Below are positions 57,999 through 64,000 of a stretch of DNA of 64,000 nucleotides, piece after piece. The position numbers and the translations under genes were made by a program. How positions within the stretch are numbered: the stretch's first letter is position 1; the number at the start of each line of letters is the position of its first letter. The stretch comes from a virus: IMG/VR virus record IMGVR_UViG_3300048904_000261; one strand, 5' to 3'. Under the pieces are notes generated by a model, which was not told where the DNA came from, did not search any database, and was given only the letters and a program-made list of their open reading frames with translations.

Positions 57999-58198
57999 CC
58001 AAACGAATCGAGTGGGCCTATCCGACATCCGACAACGCGGAGCGATTCGGATTCAAGGACGGGTGTTACACGGTCGAGATGGTTGAACGCACGCCAGAGC
58101 AGCAGCCAGCAATCGCCGTGGCAGCCTTCGCAACGCTGGCCGAAGCGAAGGATCACGCGCATAAAATCGGTGCTGCGTGGGATCGAATCACCAAATGA
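57995..58198 (+). CDS. Hypothetical small protein
   Basis: 67-aa ORF with an ATGA overlap. Confidence 0.5.
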   Translation: MTKRIEWAYPTSDNAERFGFKDGCYTVEMVERTPEQQPAIAVAAFATLAEAKDHAHKIGAAWDRITK

Positions 58199-58479
58199 AA
58201 TCAATCACCATCACCATAGAGGACTGGACTCCGAACATAAGATACACTAACCCGTGCGGTTGCCTATTGCACCGCGCGGCAGTCAGGGAATTCAAACCAA
58301 GGCGCGCCGATCTTCTAGTCGTCTGCCCCGGCCGTCTGGTCGTTGACGTGTCGAAGAAGAACCCGGAGAAGTATCGCTACGACCCGAAGTGGGAGGACCA
58401 GTTGAAGCTGGCGCATGCAGACCCGTGCTACCTGCCACTGACAATCCCGATCTGGAAAGATGAAAACGATAACGATTAA
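58195..58479 (+). CDS. Hypothetical protein
   Basis: Internal ATG of ORF 58177..58479 with an ATGA overlap. 94 aa. Confidence 0.5.
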   Translation: MKSITITIEDWTPNIRYTNPCGCLLHRAAVREFKPRRADLLVVCPGRLVVDVSKKNPEKYRYDPKWEDQLKLAHADPCYLPLTIPIWKDENDND

Positions 58480-58765
58480 CACCGATGGCAGCATCGAGTT
58501 CCTGGGCGACACCTGCCCGCTCGACCTGCCGTTGGCCAACGCTGTGCGGCGGCGCGTCTCGGTCATAGAACCAACAAAGTTCTGGAAAAAGAAAGCATTC
58601 CAAATCCTCCGCCGTGTGGCGGGGGAGACCGGGGCCGCCGCCGCCTTCACTCGGAGGTGGTCTGGCCCGTGGCGGGTGACAATTCTCGCCACTGGGCAGA
58701 CCGAAGTATTCCAGGAGCGCAGCGATGCGATCGCCTGGGAGATCAACCTACTCAATGAGCTATGA
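58460..58765 (+). CDS. Hypothetical protein
   Basis: 101-aa ORF. Confidence 0.5.
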   Translation: MKTITINTDGSIEFLGDTCPLDLPLANAVRRRVSVIEPTKFWKKKAFQILRRVAGETGAAAAFTRRWSGPWRVTILATGQTEVFQERSDAIAWEINLLNEL

Positions 58766-59016
58766 CCATCTGGAAATTCCCACTTCAAGTGGCAGACAGG
58801 CAGACAGTGATGATGCCTGGCGGCGCTGCAATTCTCACCGCGCAAATGCAGAGCGGACAGCTTTGCTTATGGGCACAGGTAGAGGCCACGCAAACCAAGA
58901 CACCGCGCGTTATCAGAATCTTCGGTACCGGGCATGGTATACCTGACGCTGATAACGATTACATCGGGACAGTTCAGATGGGGCCGCTCGTCTGGCATGT
59001 CTTCGAGGAACTGTGA
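58762..59016 (+). CDS. Hypothetical protein (widespread small phage protein pattern)
   Basis: 84 aa. MTIWKFPLQV...MPGGAAILTAQMQSGQLCLWAQV...IFGTGHGIP...YIGTVQMGPLVWHVFE. Confidence 0.55.
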   Translation: MTIWKFPLQVADRQTVMMPGGAAILTAQMQSGQLCLWAQVEATQTKTPRVIRIFGTGHGIPDADNDYIGTVQMGPLVWHVFEEL

Positions 59017-59020
59017 ACAA
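59011..59020 (+). repeat. Degenerate junction-like decamer CTGTGAACAA (left)
   Basis: Contains the stop TGA of 58762..59016. Repeated at 59186-59195. Confidence 0.6.
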
Positions 59021-59185
59021 TTTGATTTGTCCAGTAGCCCACGTGGCTGGCGCGATCCATAACTGGCGCGCATCAGTCTGGAATGGGTGCAACAGCGTAG
59101 CGGTGCGGGATCGCACGCCTGGTTTTGGCCGGCCATAGCTGTCCTTTCGCCGGGCCTCCGCTGTGCTGGGCAAATCATTCTTAAT

Positions 59186-59195
59186 CTGTGAACAA
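59186..59195 (+). repeat. Degenerate junction-like decamer CTGTGAACAA (right)
   Basis: Contains the GTG start of 59188..59703. Confidence 0.6.
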
Positions 59196-59703
59196 GGAAA
59201 CCATCTATCAACAAACCGTCGCTCAGTATAACGAGTGGTACGGAGACGACCCGTCGCACAAGATCAACGGGTGCTGCCTCTACTGGGCGCTGACCGGAGC
59301 GATCATCTTCCAACGGCACGGCATCAGGTCAATCATTCAGGCCGGGACAATGCAATGGCCCGGCCGCGAGGACGACGGAGTTAACGACACACACTTCGGC
59401 TACGTCTGGAGTCCGGAACGGGAGGAGTCACAGGCCGCGCTAAGGGCTGGCATCTTTCCTGAAATCCATATCTGGCTGGCGCTGCCGGAGCGCGGCGAGA
59501 TCGTGGACTTCTCGGTATCCTTCCTGCCCGGGCTGGCGGAGCGCGACGGGTTCAAGTGGACACTGCCGCCTCCGCCTCAGTACCTGTGGTCCACCAAGGA
59601 TGAGATGCCCGAAGGGGTGATCTACTCGCCGAAGTTCCAGGCGATTGCCTGGCTCACTGGCAAACTCGAAGCAGACGGTTTAATCCAATCACGCGCGGCG
59701 TGA
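59188..59703 (+). CDS. Hypothetical protein with Cys...His...Asp arrangement (papain/transglutaminase-like candidate)
   Basis: 171 aa with a GTG start. NGCCLYWALTGAIIF, EIHIWLALPERGEIVDFS. Similar layout in the partial gene at 63579. Confidence 0.4.
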   Translation: MNKETIYQQTVAQYNEWYGDDPSHKINGCCLYWALTGAIIFQRHGIRSIIQAGTMQWPGREDDGVNDTHFGYVWSPEREESQAALRAGIFPEIHIWLALPERGEIVDFSVSFLPGLAERDGFKWTLPPPPQYLWSTKDEMPEGVIYSPKFQAIAWLTGKLEADGLIQSRAA

Positions 59704-59717
59704 TTATGTAACACAAT
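59703..59717. repeat. Junction-motif copy 16 (variant)
   Basis: ATTATGTAACACAAT plus G. Abuts the upstream TGA. Start at 59716. Confidence 0.8.
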
Positions 59718-60240
59718 GACCGCCGGTGAAGCCATCAAGATTCTGAACGGGGTTAAGCCAAGCGATTCACCCTGGAAAAAGAATCCGCATCTCACGGAGA
59801 AGCAGGCGCACAAGATCGTATTGGATCACGTGCAATCCCTGAAGCCAGAGTTCGTGCTGGTTCCGTGGATGGTTCGCCGGTTGGTTCAGGTCACGAAGTT
59901 GAAGAAGGTAAAGAAGGAGCAGGCCGAAATGAAAACCATTGCGAAGGTGTTCACCTTCGCGTCCAGCTCAGGGAGCGGGGCATACGAGACCCTTCAGTAC
60001 GACGATGGGTCAACGTCATGCGCCTGCCCCGGCTGGTGCCGACGAGTAGCTGCCGATGGCAGCCGCTCCTGTAAACACACTCGGTTCATCGACCAGGGGA
60101 TTGCTGAGGCCAACTGCGTCAGCAGCCACGATTACACAACTCAAACCACCAAGCAGAAAATCACAACCACCAAATCCAATGGCACCGAAAAAGAAAACTC
60201 AGACCGAAAGCTCGGGCAACGCAAGTTCCAACTCGACTAA
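59716..60240 (+). CDS. SWIM-type zinc-finger protein
   Basis: 174 aa. Its start is a motif ATG. CACPGWCRRVAADGSRSCKHT fits C-x-C-x(n)-C-x-H. Confidence 0.6.
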   Translation: MTAGEAIKILNGVKPSDSPWKKNPHLTEKQAHKIVLDHVQSLKPEFVLVPWMVRRLVQVTKLKKVKKEQAEMKTIAKVFTFASSSGSGAYETLQYDDGSTSCACPGWCRRVAADGSRSCKHTRFIDQGIAEANCVSSHDYTTQTTKQKITTTKSNGTEKENSDRKLGQRKFQLD

Positions 60241-60247
60241 ACCTGTC

Positions 60248-61780
60248 ATGTCACAACTCACCGCATATCTCCGCTCTGGCAGGGCTGGGATCAATGTCCA
60301 GTCCTTCGAGGAGGTCCGCGTGGAATTGGAACTGAAGACAATCGCCAGCCAGCTTGGCTGGTCGGTTTACATCTGGTCCTGCACCGATGGCGTCATCTGC
60401 GTCTCGGGCAGCAAGCCGACGTCGATCTCCGATACGGAAGATCCGATGCTCATGCTCCAGGCATTCGAGAAGCTGCCGCAGAAATCCCTGCTGATTGCCC
60501 GGGACTTCCACATGTTCATCAAGAGCACCCATGGTGATCCGAACCCGGTCCTTGTCCGCAAGATCAAGGACGTGCTCAGCACGGCGCAGTCCGAGAACCG
60601 CGCCTTCATCATCGTCGGGTGCCAGGTCCATCTGCCGGCTGAACTTCAGAAGGAAGTCAGCGTGGTTGAGTTCAAGCTGCCCGGTCGGGACTTGCTCCGG
60701 ACCACGGCGGAAAACATCGGCACCGCCGGCGGCGTTGACACGCCGGAGAACGGCGTCATGGAAAAGCTGGTCGATGCCTGCTGCGGATTGACCACCACAG
60801 AGGCGGCGGATGCGCTGGCCCTGTCCATCGTGGAGGCTCACGCCCTGGTCCCTGAGATCGTGGCGCGGGAGAAGGCGTTGACCGTCAAAAAGAATGGGGT
60901 GCTCGAGATCTTCGAGACCCTGGTTAGCGCGAAAGACATCGGCGGGTTGCAGATCCTGAAGCACTGGATCGGCCGGCGCAAGCTGGCGTTCACGAAGAAG
61001 GCCAAGGAGTACGGCCTTCCCACGCCGAAGGGTGTCCTGATCGTCGGGATCCCCGGCTCCGGCAAATCCCTCACGGCCAAGGCGACTGCCTCCATCATGG
61101 AGGTGCCGTTGCTGAAGCTGGATGCCGGCAACCTGTTCGCCAGCCACGTTGGCGAGAGCGAGCGCAACATGCGGATCGCGATTCAGACGGCGGAGGCCGT
61201 CGCGCCGTGCGTCCTGTGGGTGGATGAGATCGAGAAAGGGTTCAGCGGTTCGAAGTCCAGCGGTTCGACGGACGGCGGCACCAGTGCCCGAGTCTTCGGC
61301 ACGTTCCTCAACTGGATGCAGGAGAAGACCGCCCCGGTCTTCGTCTTCGCCACGGCCAACGACATCAGCCAGCTCCCGCCGGAGTTCCTGCGCAAGGGCC
61401 GGTTCGATGAGCTGTTCTTCGTGGACCTGCCGGACGGTGGAGAGCGCCGGGAAATATGGACGGTGCACCTGGGCAAGCGCAACCGGACGGACGGCGAGTT
61501 CGAAATCGACATCGCCGACTTGGCCAGCCGAACCAACGGGTTCACTGGCGCTGAGATCGAGGCCGCGGTGAATGAGGCCATGTTCGCGGCGTTCGACGAG
61601 GACGTCCCGATGGGCAACAAACACCTGCAGGACGCGGTTGCCAACACCGTGCCGTTGTCCAAGACGATGGCGGCTGACATCGAGCGGCTCCGCGGCTGGG
61701 CTGAAGGCCGCGCCCGCCGTGCCTCCGAAGACACGACGGTCAAGAGCGCCACGCAGAAGGGGATGCGGAAGATCTCCTGA
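60248..61780 (+). CDS. Classical AAA ATPase (Ycf46-like architecture: N-terminal domain plus C-terminal AAA module)
   Basis: Internal ATG of ORF 60056..61780. 510 aa. Walker A GIPGSGKSLTAKA, Walker B CVLWVDEIEK, sensor-1 VFATAND and second region of homology LRKGRFDELFFVDLP. Confidence 0.8.
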   Translation: MSQLTAYLRSGRAGINVQSFEEVRVELELKTIASQLGWSVYIWSCTDGVICVSGSKPTSISDTEDPMLMLQAFEKLPQKSLLIARDFHMFIKSTHGDPNPVLVRKIKDVLSTAQSENRAFIIVGCQVHLPAELQKEVSVVEFKLPGRDLLRTTAENIGTAGGVDTPENGVMEKLVDACCGLTTTEAADALALSIVEAHALVPEIVAREKALTVKKNGVLEIFETLVSAKDIGGLQILKHWIGRRKLAFTKKAKEYGLPTPKGVLIVGIPGSGKSLTAKATASIMEVPLLKLDAGNLFASHVGESERNMRIAIQTAEAVAPCVLWVDEIEKGFSGSKSSGSTDGGTSARVFGTFLNWMQEKTAPVFVFATANDISQLPPEFLRKGRFDELFFVDLPDGGERREIWTVHLGKRNRTDGEFEIDIADLASRTNGFTGAEIEAAVNEAMFAAFDEDVPMGNKHLQDAVANTVPLSKTMAADIERLRGWAEGRARRASEDTTVKSATQKGMRKIS

Positions 61781-61794
61781 GCAGTAACCCCGCT

Positions 61795-61825
61795 GGCAGA
61801 CCGGGCAAAGTCTGCCGCATTTGAT
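61795..61825 (+). terminator. Weak terminator-like hairpin after the AAA ATPase gene
   Basis: GGCAGAC-CGGGCAAA-GTCTGCC followed by GCATTTGAT. Confidence 0.3.
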
Positions 61826-61827
61826 CA

Positions 61828-62578
61828 ATGATACCACTCATCCTATCAATCGACTTCGACTTCTGCATTCAGGAAGATCGGCAACTGGACATGGGACACG
61901 GCGACAACAACCTATTCAACACCGTGCTCTGGCAAGTGCGCCAGCAAATGTGGGCCGCGCAAGGCAAGACCGTGCAGCAACTGTGCCCGATGGCGCACCA
62001 TCCGGTTGGGCTCGCCATCTCGTTGGCAAATAGATTCATCGTCAACAACTGTGATTGCGCCTGGGGAGAAAGCCACATTGGCATCCTCGAACCTCGAATT
62101 CCTCGACCGGTTCCATCCGAAGGGGCCGATCGAGGTTATCAACTTCGATGCGCACCATGACCTGGGTTACAACGGCGACGATTACAAAGCAGACTACAAA
62201 CCCAACTGTGGTAACTGGGCGATGCAACTGCTTCGGCAGAATCGCCTGCAGAAATACACGCTGGTTTATCCGGAATGGCGCAAGGCGCATCCGGAACCAG
62301 GATCGGCCGCGCTCATCCGGGGGTACCAGAAACATCTGCCCGACCGGATCCTCGTCAACCGGTGGAAGGCGTGGCTCAAGCTGCTGACGAGCAAACGAAA
62401 GATTGACGGCCTGTTCATCTGCAGGTCCGGACCTTGGGTGCCTCCGTGTTACGACGGTGACTTCAACGACATGGTTCGGTTCCTGACAGGGACAAAGGAA
62501 GCCATCGCTCAACGCGCCACGTCGCCGCCACCCGACCCGAACACAATGGAAGGCGTGCTCGCCTCACTCGTGAAATGA
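61828..62578 (+). pseudogene. Gene split into two frames by a 7-bp tandem duplication (product has an FDAHHDLGY metal-site-like motif)
   Basis: ORFs 61828..62160 and 62006..62578 overlap in frames +1 apart. CCTCGAA occurs twice in tandem (62085-62091, 62092-62098). Removing one copy joins ..SHIGIL to EFLDRFHPKGPIEVINFDAHHDLGY.. in frame. Confidence 0.6.
62085..62098 (+). repeat. 7-bp tandem duplication CCTCGAA-CCTCGAA
   Basis: Read directly. It causes the frame change between ORFs 61828..62160 and 62006..62578. Confidence 0.9.
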
Positions 62579-62609
62579 ACTTGGACATTCAAATCAAAAA
62601 GGAGAGACC

Positions 62610-62996
62610 ATGATCACCAAAGTAGCACTATCAATCCGCCAGCCTTGGGCCTGGCTAATCGTCAACGGCCACAAGGACATTGAGAATCGTGAGTGGGGCA
62701 CGGGCTTTCGCGGCCCGCTCTTCATCCACGCCGGCAAGACAATGACCAAGGATGACTACGCCGCCTGCACCTACTTCCTCGCCGGGATGAAGACGACGTG
62801 GCGCCTGCCTGCCTACGATGTCCTGCTCAAACAACAGTGCGGGGGCATCGTCGGTGAAGCGAAGATGATCGGCTGCGTCAGCTTCAGCGGCAGCCCATGG
62901 TTCACCGGCAAGTACGGTTTCGTCCTGCGCGATGCCAAGGTTCTGCCGTTCCAACCGTGCAAAGGTAAACTCGGATTCTTCAGACCAGAGGTATGA
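62610..62996 (+). CDS. ASCH-domain protein
   Basis: 128 aa. ALSIRQPWAWLIVNGHKDIENREW...GGIVGEAKMIGCV...FVLRDAKVLPF is a typical ASCH pattern. AAGGAGAGA lies upstream. Confidence 0.65.
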   Translation: MITKVALSIRQPWAWLIVNGHKDIENREWGTGFRGPLFIHAGKTMTKDDYAACTYFLAGMKTTWRLPAYDVLLKQQCGGIVGEAKMIGCVSFSGSPWFTGKYGFVLRDAKVLPFQPCKGKLGFFRPEV

Positions 62997-63018
62997 ACAT
63001 CAACAAGACCAAGCTGCA

Positions 63019-63186
63019 ATGAGAAGTTGGAAGAAAGGTGACAGATGGAAGACCCGGCATGGCATTGTCTTTGTCGTCGAGATTGTCAGACGCGACGGTT
63101 CGGCAATGCTTCAGATGATCAAGCCGATGGTCAACCGGCTATTCCGCCAAAAGTTAATCCCTCCTGATTGGAGGAGAACGAAATGA
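63019..63186 (+). CDS. Hypothetical small protein
   Basis: Internal ATG of ORF 62932..63186. 55 aa. Confidence 0.45.
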   Translation: MRSWKKGDRWKTRHGIVFVVEIVRRDGSAMLQMIKPMVNRLFRQKLIPPDWRRTK

Positions 63187-63407
63187 GCACCATACCAAAA
63201 TCAAACCTGCTGTGCCCCGAGTGCCAGCAACCGTTATCCAAACTGCCCGGGCTTGGCAGCACCGTGATCCTCTTCTGCGCGCGAGGCCCGTGCCCGAGCC
63301 AGGCCGCGAACGACGGCGCGCAAGGCCCGACCGAGGAGGCTGCCTACGCCAAGCTCACGGCCTACATCAAGAACGATCAACGACCAAGACCGAGTGAAGA
63401 GAATTAA
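63183..63407 (+). CDS. Small zinc-ribbon protein
   Basis: Internal ATG of ORF 63168..63407 with an ATGA overlap. CPECQQ...CARGPC. Confidence 0.5.
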   Translation: MSTIPKSNLLCPECQQPLSKLPGLGSTVILFCARGPCPSQAANDGAQGPTEEAAYAKLTAYIKNDQRPRPSEEN

Positions 63408-63582
63408 AGTGAAAGTCGAACTGACCGAACTGGAAGCCAGCGCGCTCCTCTTTGCTGCCGGGAATATCCTTGATGCCGGCGGTGATGAGGTCTTGGACTT
63501 TTACAACGATGCCAAGCAAGACCGGAACGCCGCGTACCGAGCGACGGCGAAAATCAAATCGGCATTACGAAAGGCACAATGA
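63394..63582 (+). CDS. Hypothetical small protein; start uncertain (GTG 63394 or GTG 63409)
   Basis: 62-aa ORF. Confidence 0.45.
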   Translation: MKRIKVKVELTELEASALLFAAGNILDAGGDEVLDFYNDAKQDRNAAYRATAKIKSALRKAQ

Positions 63583-64000
63583 TGGGAGAAACAATGACCC
63601 GCCTTGCCAAAGCCGCTGCCTTCCTGGCTGCGAACGCACCGGAGAAAATCCTGAAAAACTTCCGGCCTGACTGCTGCATCGCCGCCACCAATGTAGCGCT
63701 GAAGTTCCTTGGGCAGTTGGAATTCTCCACGCTGCCGCAAGTGACACAGCTAGCGGTTTACACCATGCCGCTGTGGAAGAGAGTCGCCGATGGAACTTAT
63801 CTCCCTCCAATGCGAGACGGGGAATGGAGTGTAGGTTCAGGGTTCGGTGAAGACCCGCGTAAAGATCCGGAACACGAACGATACGACCCGACCTGGGCTG
63901 GATTCGCCGGACACCTGGTTGCGCTGGCATCCGAGAAGGATGAGACCTTCCTGGTGGACCTGTCCTTCGGGCAAGTCTCACGCCCAGCCAAAGGGATGAC
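63579..64000 (+). CDS. Hypothetical protein with Cys...His...Asp arrangement; runs off the right edge
   Basis: Absent from the ORF track because no stop lies in the window. ATG 63579 overlaps the upstream stop. MMGETMTRLAKAAAFLAANAPEKILKNFRPDCCIAATNVALKF...FAGHLVALASEKDETFLVDLSFGQ. Confidence 0.5.
   Translation, partial: MMGETMTRLAKAAAFLAANAPEKILKNFRPDCCIAATNVALKFLGQLEFSTLPQVTQLAVYTMPLWKRVADGTYLPPMRDGEWSVGSGFGEDPRKDPEHERYDPTWAGFAGHLVALASEKDETFLVDLSFGQVSRPAKGM

Noticed and set aside
47280-59717. Junction palindrome as a LexA/SOS box or as an RNA hairpin.
   Set aside because: CTGT-N1-ACAG spacing does not match any LexA box class I know (CTGT-N8-ACAG, GAAC-N4-GTTC, TGTTC-N4-GAACA). A 7-bp stem with a 1-nt loop cannot form as an RNA hairpin.
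1-64000. tRNA genes, rRNA genes, integrase, attachment sites, transposases and CRISPR arrays.
   Set aside because: I found no T-arm-like GGTTCGAATCC-type sequence in a cloverleaf context, no recombinase motifs in any credible ORF, and no spacer-repeat architecture. Prophage versus free-phage status cannot be decided from this window.

Overview
This GC-rich window looks like a tailed dsDNA phage or prophage segment. I saw no rRNA, tRNA, CRISPR array, integrase or transposase. It has two divergent arms that meet at 38390-38446.

Minus-strand arm (1-38389), read from 38.4 kb leftwards:
- a putative recombination protein, a run of small zinc-ribbon, XRE-type and Lar-like genes, a Cas4-type nuclease and a J-domain protein;
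- a replication initiator-like protein, the DnaB helicase and the large terminase;
- then a podovirus-type late block in the order portal, scaffold, major capsid, tail adaptor and nozzle-like proteins, fibres, and internal virion proteins. The last of these runs off the left edge.

Several non-structural genes are embedded in that late block:
- a DHH/DHHA1 phosphoesterase;
- a SAM methyltransferase, a Tat-signal protein and a beta-propeller-like protein;
- a soluble hybrid histidine kinase (REC-HisKA-HATPase-REC);
- a GNAT, cupin and glycosyltransferase-like trio;
- three consecutive proteins with Sec-type signal peptides.

Plus-strand arm (38447-64000):
- a tightly ATGA-coupled operon (38.4-45.7 kb) with an RHH regulator, a RuvC-like resolvase, a Lar-like protein, a DUF5131-like protein and a DNA methyltransferase;
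- one reverse gene and a roughly 1-kb AT-richer region with no credible coding (46.3-47.3 kb);
- about 45 mostly small genes, including a clamp-loader-like AAA+ protein, an RHH regulator, DUF1257-like and DUF2997-like proteins, a SWIM protein, a Ycf46-like AAA ATPase and an ASCH protein.

The signals most worth follow-up:
1. A 15-bp dyad-symmetric motif, ATT[C/G]TG[T/A]NACA[C/G]AAT, occurs 16 times between 47.3 and 59.7 kb and once at 5407. It sits exactly on gene junctions. Its 3-prime AT plus the next G form the start codon, and its centre often supplies the upstream stop.
2. Four tandem early units (47.2-49.6 kb) share the same layout of motif, GC-rich hairpin and a conserved CCGAAAG-N-ACAGTTATGA leader.
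3. Long-range inverted repeats bracket the start codons of three small minus-strand genes and show compensatory base changes.
4. The accessory genes listed above sit inside the late operon.

All functional calls come from motifs I read in the translations. No database search was possible.
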